Positions 1-10,225 of a stretch of DNA of 64,000 nt are shown here, piece by piece; position 1 is the first letter of the stretch, and every line of letters begins with the position of its first letter. The translations under genes were made by a program, and so were the position numbers. Where the stretch lies: positions 32,001-96,000 of IMG/VR virus record IMGVR_UViG_3300049460_000134. One strand, 5' to 3'. Below the pieces are notes generated by a model. The model was not told the DNA's origin, made no database searches, and worked only from the letters and a program-made list of their open reading frames with translations. The DNA is from a virus.

Positions 1-1248
1 TCGGAAGTGGACGATCAGGATGATGAGAGCGACGGCGACGCTGGCGGCGGTGATGCCGATGGTGAGACCGAAGAAGGTGATGAAGCCGACGACGAGAGCG
101 ACGCTGAAGGCGGCTCTGACGTTGCGGTAGAAACCGATAGTGACGACGACGGCGACGGAGCCGAAAAGCCTGAAGAGGAAAACGAAGAAGGCGTGGCTGG
201 TGTCGGCTACGACGAGCACAACCCCTTCGAAGCGCTCGATGACGATGACCTTGTCGACAAGGATCTGTCCTCGTCGATCGCAATCCTCATTCAGAAGGAA
301 GCGATCAAAGCCATCCTCTCGTCTGAATACTCCGTTCTGACGCGCCAATACGATCGCATCGAACCGCTTCCGGTTCCGGAGACATTCGCTCAGGAGCACG
401 TCACGCGGCTCGACGACGCAACGCGGCAGATGACCGGTGTCATGCAGAAGGACATTGAGCGCATGATGGCTGCTCAGTCGCGCGTCTTCAAGGTCGGCGG
501 TCAGCGCTCCGGTCGTCTGAACGGACCTGGTCTGCATCGCATCATGTCCAACGACGATCGCGTGTTTGCTCGCCGAGAAGAGATCAAGGCGAAGGACACT
601 GCCGTCTCGCTGCTGATGGACTGCTCCGGCTCGATGGAAGGTGCAAAGCAGGCGACCGCCGTGTCAGCCTCCTACGCGCTCGCAACGACCCTTGAGCGCG
701 TCAACATTCCTTGCGAGTGCCTGGGCTTCACGACGATGGGCTACATCGGTCGCAACAACACGCAGCAATGGCCCCTCTCCCATCGTCAGTGGGAAGAGCT
801 GATGGAGCATTTCAACGCCGAAGTCGCAAAGGGCGTCACGTTCCATCGGTTCATGCCGATCTTCATGCCGGTCTTCAAAGGCTTCCAGGAGCGCGTCAAC
901 GCCGAGATCAAGCGTCGCTTCGCCTACATGCAAATCAAGCAGCCACACCAGGGCGGCAACATCGACGGCGAGTCCCTGGAATATGCAGCGATGCGGCTCG
1001 CGCAGCGCAAGGAAAAGCGCAAGGTCATCATCGTTCTGTCAGACGGTCATCCAGCCGGCGCTCTGAACGATTCCGAGCATCTGAAGATGATGGCCGAGCG
1101 CCTGACGAAGCAAGGCTACGACCTCGTCGGTATCGGCATCAAGGATCACGCTGTCAGCCGCTTCTACGACAAGCATGTGGTGTTGCAGGACATCGCCGAT
1201 CTCCCTGGTGAAGTCATGAAGCAGCTTCGTGTCATCCTGCAGAAGTGA
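1..1248 (+). CDS. vWA-domain protein, CobT-like partner of MoxR AAA+ ATPase (5' end outside window)
   Basis: Acidic linker followed by MIDAS motif DCSGSM and VLSDG; close to a CobS-like ATPase, as is usual in phages. Confidence 0.85.
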   Translation, partial: SEVDDQDDESDGDAGGGDADGETEEGDEADDESDAEGGSDVAVETDSDDDGDGAEKPEEENEEGVAGVGYDEHNPFEALDDDDLVDKDLSSSIAILIQKEAIKAILSSEYSVLTRQYDRIEPLPVPETFAQEHVTRLDDATRQMTGVMQKDIERMMAAQSRVFKVGGQRSGRLNGPGLHRIMSNDDRVFARREEIKAKDTAVSLLMDCSGSMEGAKQATAVSASYALATTLERVNIPCECLGFTTMGYIGRNNTQQWPLSHRQWEELMEHFNAEVAKGVTFHRFMPIFMPVFKGFQERVNAEIKRRFAYMQIKQPHQGGNIDGESLEYAAMRLAQRKEKRKVIIVLSDGHPAGALNDSEHLKMMAERLTKQGYDLVGIGIKDHAVSRFYDKHVVLQDIADLPGEVMKQLRVILQK

Positions 1249-1255
1249 GGCGCTG

Positions 1256-1993
1256 ATGATCCGAGAGCTCATCAACCGCGGCGCGCTGTTCGTCATCAAC
1301 CACAGCGCCGGCAAGGACAGTCAGGCAATGAGCGTGCTTTTAAAGCGGCTCGTGCCTGCTGAGCAACTCCTGGTCATTCACGCGGATCTCGGCGAGGTCG
1401 AATGGGATGGCAATGTCGAGCATATCAAGAGCACGATTGGCGATCTGCCGCTGATCGTCTGCCGCAACGAGAACAAGACCTTGCTCGAAATGGTGGAGCG
1501 CCGCGGCATGTGGCCCTCCCCTTCTCAGCGCCAATGCACGAGCGACCTGAAGCGCGATCCGATCAATCGAGAGGTCCGGCGCTATCTGAAGGCCAATCCG
1601 CGCTACAACGGGCTTGTGGTGAACTGCATGGGCATTCGCGCTGCGGAGAGTCCCGCCAGGAGCAAGCAGAAGCCCTTCCGCTTCGACCAGCGCAACAGCA
1701 AGGCCGGACGCGAGGTCTATGATTGGCTGCCCATCTTCGAAAAGACGACGGAAGAGGTCTTCCAGATCATCGCCGATGCCGGTGAGCAACCGCATCCAGC
1801 CTATGCCGCCGGCATGTCCCGCCTCTCCTGCGTCTTCTGCATCATGGCGAGCCTGAAGGATCTGCGCACCGCCGCGCGCCTGAAGCCTGATCTTTATCGC
1901 AAATATGTGGAGCTCGAAAAGCGGATCGGCCACACGATCAATATGGAAGGTCGCCCTCTCGAAGAGGTCACAGGGATCCTCGCCGCAGCATAA
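1256..1993 (+). CDS. PAPS reductase family (PP-loop, adenine nucleotide alpha-hydrolase) protein
   Basis: HSAGKDS PP-loop, RQCTSDLK, GIRAAES and RLSCVFC motifs. Confidence 0.85.
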   Translation: MIRELINRGALFVINHSAGKDSQAMSVLLKRLVPAEQLLVIHADLGEVEWDGNVEHIKSTIGDLPLIVCRNENKTLLEMVERRGMWPSPSQRQCTSDLKRDPINREVRRYLKANPRYNGLVVNCMGIRAAESPARSKQKPFRFDQRNSKAGREVYDWLPIFEKTTEEVFQIIADAGEQPHPAYAAGMSRLSCVFCIMASLKDLRTAARLKPDLYRKYVELEKRIGHTINMEGRPLEEVTGILAAA

Positions 1994-2095
1994 TTTCCAA
2001 GTAAAAATTGACTTGCATCCCAAGTCGTTTGTCAGTAAAAATTGACAATAAGAAAAGCGAAGAAATCGCTAGATCAACACAACAAACGGAGCCGA

Positions 2096-3349
2096 ATGAA
2101 CATGACGACTGCTGTCGCCGCCGCCGATGATATGATTGTCTGCAAGATTGATGGCGCTCTCTGCCACTCGATCCGCGTTCACCTCAAGCATAACCACCCT
2201 GAATGGACGATTGACCGCTACAAGGAAGAGTTTCCTGGCGAGCCGCTGTTGTCGGCATTCGGTGAGGCGCAGGCTCGCAAGATCCGCGCACAGAAGCAGG
2301 CTGAAGAGCGCCGCAAGGAGCGCATGGCGCAGTTTCAGCCGTCGCAGCCCTGGGCGTTCGAAGAGCGCTATATGCACGAGGTCTTCGGCATCGACACGCC
2401 GATCGTCGGCTCTGCCGGTCAGCCGATCAAGATCAACTATCTGACGGAGTGCCATCCGGAGGCTGAAATCTACCTTCAGGATATCGATCCGGACTACGTC
2501 TTCAACATCGACCTGCTGAAGAAGGCCAACATCGCCTACGAACTCAACATGCCCTTCTATGCCTGGGGCTTTCACGGCACAGGCAAGACGACACTGCTTG
2601 AGCAGACGGCGGCTCGCACTGGCCGCCCATTCCTGCGCGTTCAGCACACCGGCAACACCGAAGAGGCGCACATCGTCGGCCAATATGTCGTCAAGACCAT
2701 CCCTGTCGAGGAAGAAGAGCTCGGCGCTGACGGCGTGAAGCACAGGGTCATCAAGCAGAAGGCCGTCACGGAGTTTCAGCCTGGTCCGCTCGCCGTCGCA
2801 ATGAAATACGGCATGGTCTACTGCGCCGACGAATACGACTTCGCAATGCCGTCAGTCATCGCGCTCTATCAGCCGGTGCTCGAAGGCAAGGCGCTCGTCA
2901 TCAAGGATGCACCGCCTGAATGGCGTGTGACGCGTCCGCACCCCGACTTCCGCTTCGTCGCGACTGGCAACACCAACGGTTCAGGCGACGAGACTGGTCT
3001 TTATCAAGGCACGATGATGCAGAACGCCGCGAGCTACTCGCGCTTCACCATCACGGAAGAGGTTAAGTATATGCCGAAGGAGCAAGAGGCGCTTGTCCTT
3101 CGCTCGCGCACCGGTCTGACGAAGGCTGACGCGATGAAGTTCGTGGAAGTTGCGACCGCGATCCGTGAGGCGTTCGCAACCGGCCTGATCTCGATGCCCG
3201 TATCGCCGCGCGAAATCATCGGCGCTGCTAAGCTGTCGATCATCTACGGCGACAATCCGAAGCAAGGTCTGCGCCTCGCATACACCAACCGCTGCACGCG
3301 CGTCGATCAAAAGGCGGTCGATGATGTGGCTCAGAGGTATTTCGGCTGA
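2096..3349 (+). CDS. MoxR/CobS-like AAA+ ATPase
   Basis: Walker A GFHGTGKT, Walker B YCADEYD, HPDFRFVATGNT, SPRE. Confidence 0.9.
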   Translation: MNMTTAVAAADDMIVCKIDGALCHSIRVHLKHNHPEWTIDRYKEEFPGEPLLSAFGEAQARKIRAQKQAEERRKERMAQFQPSQPWAFEERYMHEVFGIDTPIVGSAGQPIKINYLTECHPEAEIYLQDIDPDYVFNIDLLKKANIAYELNMPFYAWGFHGTGKTTLLEQTAARTGRPFLRVQHTGNTEEAHIVGQYVVKTIPVEEEELGADGVKHRVIKQKAVTEFQPGPLAVAMKYGMVYCADEYDFAMPSVIALYQPVLEGKALVIKDAPPEWRVTRPHPDFRFVATGNTNGSGDETGLYQGTMMQNAASYSRFTITEEVKYMPKEQEALVLRSRTGLTKADAMKFVEVATAIREAFATGLISMPVSPREIIGAAKLSIIYGDNPKQGLRLAYTNRCTRVDQKAVDDVAQRYFG

Positions 3350-3981
3350 TGCTCGATTACCGCGAAAGCGCACCTCGCATCGCAAGGATCGCGAACGCTG
3401 TTGCATACCAGCTCTCCGGATCTGGTGTGCATTCCATGACCAGGGACGACGTTGAGCAGGAGCTTTGGATCGTCTGGTGCATGGCGCGCGACAAGTATGA
3501 TCCCTCGCTCGGTGTTCCCTTTGAGGCCTTCCTCATCAACGGGATCAAGATGCACATCCGATCGAGCATCAAGCGCAAGGCATTCAAGCGAGCTGCCGAA
3601 GAGTGGGGCAAGAGCCTCGACGCTCCAGTCAGCAAGGATGAAGGCGGCGCGACGGTCGGCGAAACGATCGCGGAAGACTTCAGCTTCATGGATGACATCG
3701 AGGCTGAAGGACAGTTCCAGTTCATCGTCTCGCGTTTGACAGAGCGCGCCGCGACATTCGTTCGTCTGCTGCGCGACCAGCCGCAGATCCTGATCGATGC
3801 ACTGAAAGCTCTCGAAGAGCGCTCCAACTACGCAAAGGAACTTGGCGTCAGCAACATGCTGTTCCGCCAGGTGACGACGTCCATGATTTTCAAGCTGATG
3901 GGATGCGATCGTCCAGAGCGCACGCGCATCCTCGCTGAAGTCCGTCAAGTGACGGAGAAAGAACTGAGGAAGCTCGCATGA
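3349..3981 (+). CDS. Sigma-70 family RNA polymerase sigma factor-like protein
   Basis: Region 2-like DDVEQELWIVWCMARDKYDPSLGVPFEAFL; SLDAPV motif. Confidence 0.7.
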   Translation: MLDYRESAPRIARIANAVAYQLSGSGVHSMTRDDVEQELWIVWCMARDKYDPSLGVPFEAFLINGIKMHIRSSIKRKAFKRAAEEWGKSLDAPVSKDEGGATVGETIAEDFSFMDDIEAEGQFQFIVSRLTERAATFVRLLRDQPQILIDALKALEERSNYAKELGVSNMLFRQVTTSMIFKLMGCDRPERTRILAEVRQVTEKELRKLA

Positions 3982-4502
3982 CAATTCCAAGCTTCGCTCC
4001 TGGCTGTTTTGGTTCTGCAATGGGCTTTGACGATACGGCGCCGATCTGCGTGGTCTGCACTTTCCGCGAGACATGCAAGCCGATGCACGAGGCCAATCTC
4101 GTCAAGCTGCGCGAGGCGTGCGGTATCAAGAAGGTCGAGCGACGCAAGAAGGTTACGGCTGATCCCGCTCAGGAAGGCGGCCTGACTGTGCCGAAGAAGA
4201 CACTGGAGCTGGTCGACAAGTTCGAACAGGCTGGTCTGAGCGTCACGACCGCACTTGCTGAAGGCAAGAACCCCTTCGCGCAGACAGCCATGCACTTCAT
4301 GACGATCGCCTCACATCTGCTGCTCCGGCTCAACCGGCCGCTGCGCCAGGCGGATCTCTGCATGGCGTTGCAGACGAAGCTGCACTGGACCAAAGGCACC
4401 GCAGACAGTCACGCACGTATGGCAATCCAGGCGCTCGAATATGTCGGCGCAGTGCGCGTCACAGAAGGCGGCGTTAGATTGGCAGGTGTGAATGAGGGAT
4501 AA
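3978..4502 (+). CDS. Hypothetical protein with N-terminal Cys cluster and C-terminal winged-helix-like segment
   Basis: C-x12-CxxC-x4-C; WTKGTADSHARMAIQAL resembles the C-termini of 34678 and 55666. Confidence 0.5.
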   Translation: MTIPSFAPGCFGSAMGFDDTAPICVVCTFRETCKPMHEANLVKLREACGIKKVERRKKVTADPAQEGGLTVPKKTLELVDKFEQAGLSVTTALAEGKNPFAQTAMHFMTIASHLLLRLNRPLRQADLCMALQTKLHWTKGTADSHARMAIQALEYVGAVRVTEGGVRLAGVNEG

Positions 4503-4744
4503 GCCAGCCTACCGCATGTTCTTCACCTGCGAAGACGTCAACGAGCCGGCGATCCGGTGCGGCGTCATCGATGTTCGCGAAAACCTGATTGCAGCCGCCG
4601 GTCCAACGAGAGCCGAGCTCCAGGATATCGAAGAGTCCATCGAGCGCATGTGGAGCGTCAAGAACATCGCCATCCATGAGTGGTGCCGCCGCTCAGACGT
4701 CCACCAGTCCAGTTATCACCTCAATACAACTCTCAGGAGACCTT

Positions 4745-7700
4745 ATGCAATCGATCCTCGCAGCCCGGACAGACTTCTCGCTCGGCGAAAGCATTCTGAC
4801 GGCTGAAAAGCTGGTCGATATCGCCGTTGAGCAGAAAGCCACTGCCGTCGCGATCACCGACACCATGTCTGTTACAGGCATGATCGACTTCACCAATCGC
4901 GCCAAGAAGCAGAACGTCAAGCCGATCATCGGTGTTCGGCTGCGCATGTCTGACGATCCGACCTGGCGGCCGGCGAAGGGCGAGAAGAAGAAGCACATGC
5001 CGCCTGAGCACTTCCTTACGGCATATGTGCTGACTGAAGTCGGCATGAAGGCCATCTTCCGTCTGCTGACCAAGGCGAACGGTCCTGATCGCTTCTACTA
5101 CACCGCCAAGCTTTCTTATCAGGATCTCTACGACGAGCTTGGCAAGATGCTCTCCGGCAACCTCGCTATTCATCTCGGCGAGACGCACGGCGTCTTGATG
5201 CATCCAGCCTATGAGCAGATCATTGAGAAGCTGGTGCTGCACCTTGGCGAAGGCTACGTCTACACGCCGGCGATCCCGATCAACACACCCTACTTCGGCG
5301 CCGTCAATCAGCGATCGGAGCAGATCGCGATCAGATACAGCCTGCCGCCGCTTGTCGTGCGCCCCGCCTACTACGAAGCGAACCAGGCCGACGCGCACGA
5401 AATCATGGGTGCGATCTCCAACGGCAACAAGATCGAAGACGGCTGGCACCGCTCGGCGCACAATCGCGACTTCCATGTGCTCGGCGCGCAAGATCTCGCC
5501 AATGAGGTCATTGCCGCAGCAAAGCACCTGAAGCTGCGCGGTGTGCAGAACGCCGGCAACTTCTTCAAGCGTGGTCTCGCCAACACCGATCGCCTGGTCA
5601 ACGAGGTCGAATACGAATGGTCCAAGCAGCCGGTCTCGCTGCCACAGATGGCGCCTGACGAGTTCAAGGCTGTCGTCGATGAGTGCAAGAAAGGCTGGGC
5701 TGAGCGCTTCTCATCTGAAGCCTTCGGTCACGTTCCAACGAAGGAAGAGTTGGTCGAGGTCTATAAGCCGCGCCTCACGTATGAGCTGGAGATCCTGAAG
5801 AAGCTCAACTTCTCTGGCTACTTCCTACTCGTGCAGGACGTGGTGCAGTTCTCCAAGAAGGCAGGCATTCTCGTTGGACCAGGCCGCGGCTCTGTTGGTG
5901 GTTCGCTCGTCGCTTATCTGATGGGTATCACAGACTGCGATCCGATCCGCTTTGGCCTGCTTTTTGAGCGCTTCATCAATCCTGAGCGTCTCGACCTTCC
6001 TGACGCAGACTTGGACTTCATGTCTGAGCGCCGGCACGAGGTTGTCGAATATCTCATTCAGAAGCACGGCGAAAAGCGCGTCGCTGGTGTGTCGAACTTC
6101 GGCCGCCTGGCTGCAGCGTCTTCGATCCGCGACGTCGGGCGCACCTTCGGCATTCCTGAGAAGGAATATTCGGTCTCGAAGTATGTGCCAAAGCTTCACG
6201 GTGCCAACGTGCCGCTACCAGGCTGCGCAGAGCAGGTTCCGGAGATCCAGGCATTCGCCGACAAGTATCCGGCGCACTGGACCATTATGGAGCGCCTGGA
6301 AGGCACGATCCGCAACATGTCGCAGCACGCAGCCGGCATTGTCGTCGGTGGTGTGGATCTCGAAGAGCGCGCGGTCATCGAAAAGCGCAAGGGAGATTCG
6401 GCAGTCGTCTGCTGGGACAAGCGCATCGTTGAGGATCAAGGCCTGGTCAAGATGGATATCTTGGGTCTGAACACGCTCGACCTGATCTCGCTGGTGCTCC
6501 AATACATCATGGAGCGGCGCCAGAAGAAGATTAACCTGATGAAGATCCCGCTCGACGATCCGAAGGTGCTCGAAAACTTCGCCAAAGGGCTCACGACTGG
6601 CGTCTTCCAGTTCGAAAGCTCTGGCATGCGCAAGCTGCTGCGCGAGCTCGGCGCCGATGGCACGATTACCTTCGATGACGTGACTGCCGCGACCGCGCTC
6701 TATCGTCCAGGTCCAATGGAATCTGGCATGATGGACAGCTACTACAAGCGCAAGCAAGGCAATGAATACGTCGAATATGACCATCCACTCATGGAAGACG
6801 TGCTGAAGGAAACCTTCGGCGTTATCGTCTACCAGGAACAGGTCATGAAGATCTCCCAGGTCATCTGCGGCTACTCCGGCGCTGACGCCGACAAGCTGCG
6901 TAAGATCATGGGTAAAAAGCTGCCTGAAGAAATGAAGAAGGAGCGCGGCAAGTTCTGCGACGGTGCGGTCAAGACGATCCAATGCACTGAGGAATGGGCA
7001 GGCGCTCTCTTCGACAAGATCGAAGGCTTCGCTGGTTACGGCTTCAACAAGTCGCACTCGGTCGAATACTCGCTGATTTCCTGGCAGTCCATGTGGCTGA
7101 AGACTCACTATCCGGTCGAGTTCTTCGCGGCAGCACTCACGCTGATGGATCAGGACAAGCTACCGGCGATCCTGCGTGATGCTGCTCGCTTCGGCATTGA
7201 GGTATCGATGCCTGACATCAACATTTCGACCGGTCGTTTCGAGATCGCGACTGATGTGCGCCTGGTCATCCCCTTCCAGCGCATCAAGGGCATTTCAACC
7301 AACACGACGGCCGCCATCCTCGCCGCGCGCGAAGATGGACCCTTCAAGAACAAGGCTGACTTCCTCGATCGCGTCAACAAGACCAAGTGCAACAAGAAGC
7401 ATCAGGAGGCGCTCGACCTTGTCGGTGCGTTCTGTCGCATCGAGGTCGGTCAAGTTGCGTCGGCTGATCCCAGTCGCATTCGTGACCAGCTCGAGCTGTT
7501 GCCTGGCCTCGTGACAGCGACCGTGCCGATCAATCGCACCATGCCGCACGACAAAGCGACCAAGGAGGCAATCGCTGATGTGATCGCCGACTATAAGGAA
7601 GCTCTGTCTGAAGACGGCATCATGGTCCAGCCGTGCTTTGGCAAGCGTGCGCAATTCATGATCATTGCCGACGCGCCAACGAGCGCTGAAGAGCAGGAAG

Positions 7701-8098
7701 GCCTGATTGGCTATGGCAAGACGTCTGCGCCTGTCGTTGACGCTCTGGCGGCCCACGAGCTGTCACGCGATGACGCCTACTGGACGGCAATGCTGAAGCG
7801 GCCGAAGGCTGGCAAGCAAGTTACAGCGGAAGAGATCGAGATGTATTGGCCGTATCTCGAGCGCGAGATCCAGATCCTCGAGCCGCCGACCATCATCCTG
7901 ATCGGCACATCGGTCATCCGGAAGTTCTTCCCTGACATGCAAGGCAAGGCATCCGACAACGCCGGCAAGGTGATCTACCACAAGGAGCTCGATGCAAACA
8001 TCGTCATCGGCTTCAATCCCGGCGAGATCCACTACGCACCCGAAAAGCAGGAGATCCTCGAGGACGCATTCGCGTCGGTTGTCGATCTCCTTGATTAA
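4745..8098 (+). CDS. dnaE: DNA polymerase III alpha subunit with C-terminal uracil-DNA-glycosylase-like domain
   Basis: PHP domain, GPGRGSVGGSLVAY, FERFINPER, PDADLDF, GYGFNKSH; AGGAG SD before ATG 4745. Confidence 0.95.
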   Translation: MQSILAARTDFSLGESILTAEKLVDIAVEQKATAVAITDTMSVTGMIDFTNRAKKQNVKPIIGVRLRMSDDPTWRPAKGEKKKHMPPEHFLTAYVLTEVGMKAIFRLLTKANGPDRFYYTAKLSYQDLYDELGKMLSGNLAIHLGETHGVLMHPAYEQIIEKLVLHLGEGYVYTPAIPINTPYFGAVNQRSEQIAIRYSLPPLVVRPAYYEANQADAHEIMGAISNGNKIEDGWHRSAHNRDFHVLGAQDLANEVIAAAKHLKLRGVQNAGNFFKRGLANTDRLVNEVEYEWSKQPVSLPQMAPDEFKAVVDECKKGWAERFSSEAFGHVPTKEELVEVYKPRLTYELEILKKLNFSGYFLLVQDVVQFSKKAGILVGPGRGSVGGSLVAYLMGITDCDPIRFGLLFERFINPERLDLPDADLDFMSERRHEVVEYLIQKHGEKRVAGVSNFGRLAAASSIRDVGRTFGIPEKEYSVSKYVPKLHGANVPLPGCAEQVPEIQAFADKYPAHWTIMERLEGTIRNMSQHAAGIVVGGVDLEERAVIEKRKGDSAVVCWDKRIVEDQGLVKMDILGLNTLDLISLVLQYIMERRQKKINLMKIPLDDPKVLENFAKGLTTGVFQFESSGMRKLLRELGADGTITFDDVTAATALYRPGPMESGMMDSYYKRKQGNEYVEYDHPLMEDVLKETFGVIVYQEQVMKISQVICGYSGADADKLRKIMGKKLPEEMKKERGKFCDGAVKTIQCTEEWAGALFDKIEGFAGYGFNKSHSVEYSLISWQSMWLKTHYPVEFFAAALTLMDQDKLPAILRDAARFGIEVSMPDINISTGRFEIATDVRLVIPFQRIKGISTNTTAAILAAREDGPFKNKADFLDRVNKTKCNKKHQEALDLVGAFCRIEVGQVASADPSRIRDQLELLPGLVTATVPINRTMPHDKATKEAIADVIADYKEALSEDGIMVQPCFGKRAQFMIIADAPTSAEEQEGLIGYGKTSAPVVDALAAHELSRDDAYWTAMLKRPKAGKQVTAEEIEMYWPYLEREIQILEPPTIILIGTSVIRKFFPDMQGKASDNAGKVIYHKELDANIVIGFNPGEIHYAPEKQEILEDAFASVVDLLD

Positions 8099-8150
8099 AC
8101 CAGCGCAACCCATTGTTTGAGCGCTATTATCACTGAAACAGGAGTTTCAA

Positions 8151-8687
8151 ATGTCAGAACAGAAAAAGGCCAAGACCATTACGGTCGTGGATTACGTCGA
8201 TGCCGCACAGTTGAAGGCCGATCTAGCCTACTCCACCGCGGACTTGTCGACAGCCTTCATGAAACAGGCCAGCCTCTTTGCGCACTACGGCATTCTTGCC
8301 GCCAAGGCCTCGCGCCAGGTGAACAATATCAAGATGCTGGTCGAGAACACCGAGGCGCAAGTGTCGCGCATCATCCGAGACGAGCTCGCAGCCACCGGCG
8401 CGAAAGTGACAGAAGGCAACATTGCCGCCCAGGTCACACGCCACGAGCGCGTCAGAGCGGCGCAGCGTGCGCTCAACGAGGCTCGCCAGATCGAGGACGT
8501 GACGAAGACGGCTGTCGAAGCCTTCCGTCACCGCCGCGATATGCTAATCCAGCAAGGCTTTATCCAACGTGAGGAAATGAAGGGAGAGTTGAAGATCGGC
8601 GCCGCCAACGAGCGCGCTCAGGACGTCGAGGACTTGAAAGCCGCCTACATGGCTCGCGCCAAGAACAAAAGTGCAGAAGCCGCGTAA
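8151..8687 (+). CDS. Helical protein, possibly a UvsY-like recombination mediator
   Basis: Coiled-coil pattern; lies between dnaE and SSB. Confidence 0.4.
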   Translation: MSEQKKAKTITVVDYVDAAQLKADLAYSTADLSTAFMKQASLFAHYGILAAKASRQVNNIKMLVENTEAQVSRIIRDELAATGAKVTEGNIAAQVTRHERVRAAQRALNEARQIEDVTKTAVEAFRHRRDMLIQQGFIQREEMKGELKIGAANERAQDVEDLKAAYMARAKNKSAEAA

Positions 8688-8761
8688 AAAGACTAGCAGT
8701 CCGTGAATTTTTCGTTATTAACGTGTCAGTAAATACTGACTTACAAATCGGAGTGAAGGAA

Positions 8762-9009
8762 ATGAAAATCGAAACCATCGTAGACTTCTTCAGAGCCTCT
8801 TCGGCATCGAGGACACGGTCGAGAGCATCGTCTCGCCGATCACCAAGATCGTCGACAAGCTGGAAAAGCACGAGAAGAAGTCCCTGGACGAAGCCCAGCG
8901 CCACGAAGAGGCCGCTCGCAAGGCCAAGGAAGCTGCCCTCCAGAAGAAGATCGTCGCCAACCGTGCTGCCGGCCAGCGCGTGAAATATTCCGCTCTCGTC
9001 GCTGAATAA
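8762..9009 (+). pseudogene. Small coiled-coil gene with a 1-nt frameshift near 8792
   Basis: SD plus ATG 8762 gives MKIETIVDFF; the well-biased frame continues in -1 as SLFGIEDTVE...LVAE* ending at 9009. Confidence 0.6.
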
Positions 9010-9111
9010 AAGCGCGCAACCCTTCGAACTCTCGCTATTATGTTCTTAGCGAATTAGCGAATTCGCTAAGAACTAACGAACCAAAGAACCATCGAACCAA
9101 AGGACTTAGTT

Positions 9112-10053
9112 ATGGCTCTCTCTCCTGCTCTCCAGAAACTCGTTTCGAACGCTGCTAACAAGTATCAGCGCTCCAGCGGCGACCGCATCAAGCCGAAAGA
9201 AGGCATGAACCGTTACCGCATCGTCATTCCAAATCCTGACGAACAGTTCTGGGCAGATCTCGGCGTTCACTGGATCAAGGCTGAAGAAAACGGCAAGCCG
9301 TTCGCTGTCGTCGGTTGCTCCGACGTGTGCTTCGGTGAACCGTGCGAAATCGACACCGCGATCAACGAGGCGATCAAGAACGCCTTTGATGAAGAATCCC
9401 GCAAGCTCTATGAGAGCTGGCGCGCGAAGAAGACCGTTCTCCTGAACGTGCTCGATCGCTCCAAGGGCTCGTCTGATCCCGACAAGGTCCAGATCCTCGA
9501 AATCACCGGCGGCACGTTCGGTAACATCATGGGTCTGGTGCAGCAGTTCGCCGAAGAAGGCGTCGATCTTCTCGATGCAGTCGAAGGTATGGACATCATG
9601 ATTACGAAGACCGGCAAGGGTCTTCAGACCGAATACTCGGTCAACACGGCGCCTGGCGCTTCGAAGCCGGTCACGAAGGCTCATATGGGCGGCGTGAACG
9701 ACCTGAAGCAGCACATCAACCGTGAGTTCTTCAAGGGCGAAGAACAGAAGGCGCTGACCTTCATCGCGCAGACGGCACAGATCGACGTTCCGCGTCTCGG
9801 CTCTTCGGCCGCAAAGACGCCGACGGCTGCTCTGACTTCGCGTGCCGCTACCGTCAAGCAGCCGGTTGAAGAAGAACCTGCTGAAGAGCCGGTCGAAGTC
9901 GATGAAGGCGATATCGCTCAGGTCGAGCGTGAGGAAGCAGCTACCAAGCCTGCTCCGAAGAAGACTGTCGCTGCGGCAGTCGAAGAAGCCGCCGAAGCCG
10001 CCGTTGATGACGGTGACATCGACGACGTCCTCGCTGATCTGGACAACCTGTAA
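9112..10053 (+). CDS. Single-stranded DNA-binding protein (gp32-like)
   Basis: HW...C...C-EI Zn-type motif, KTGKGLQTEYSV, acidic tail DDIDDVLADLDNL-type. Confidence 0.7.
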   Translation: MALSPALQKLVSNAANKYQRSSGDRIKPKEGMNRYRIVIPNPDEQFWADLGVHWIKAEENGKPFAVVGCSDVCFGEPCEIDTAINEAIKNAFDEESRKLYESWRAKKTVLLNVLDRSKGSSDPDKVQILEITGGTFGNIMGLVQQFAEEGVDLLDAVEGMDIMITKTGKGLQTEYSVNTAPGASKPVTKAHMGGVNDLKQHINREFFKGEEQKALTFIAQTAQIDVPRLGSSAAKTPTAALTSRAATVKQPVEEEPAEEPVEVDEGDIAQVEREEAATKPAPKKTVAAAVEEAAEAAVDDGDIDDVLADLDNL

Positions 10054-10211
10054 CCGCCGCTGCGCCGCGCGAAAACGCGCAGTTGGTCGGCAGCTCGGAT
10101 AGTCGCGCATCCGAGCTTGTCATCTGAGGCAGAGAGCCGCTCCTACACCGCTCTCTGACCTCCAAGCCGGAAGTGCTGCCCCGTTCTCTGCACTTCCGGC
10201 TTACTCTTTTC
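10054..10211 (+). other. Tandem hairpin cluster ending in a terminator-like stem
   Basis: agctcggat/atccgagct, cagagagc/gctctctg and aagccggaagtgc/gcacttccggctt followed by a T-tract. Confidence 0.6.
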
Positions 10212-10225
10212 CAAAAGGTATTTCA

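Noticed and set aside
1256-1993. Dnd phosphorothioation cluster or sulfate assimilation
   Set aside because: No dndA/B/D/E, ssp or cys neighbours in the window.
1-3349. Cobalamin biosynthesis (cobS/cobT)
   Set aside because: No cobN or other cob genes are present; vWA plus MoxR pairs are common phage genes with a chaperone-like role.
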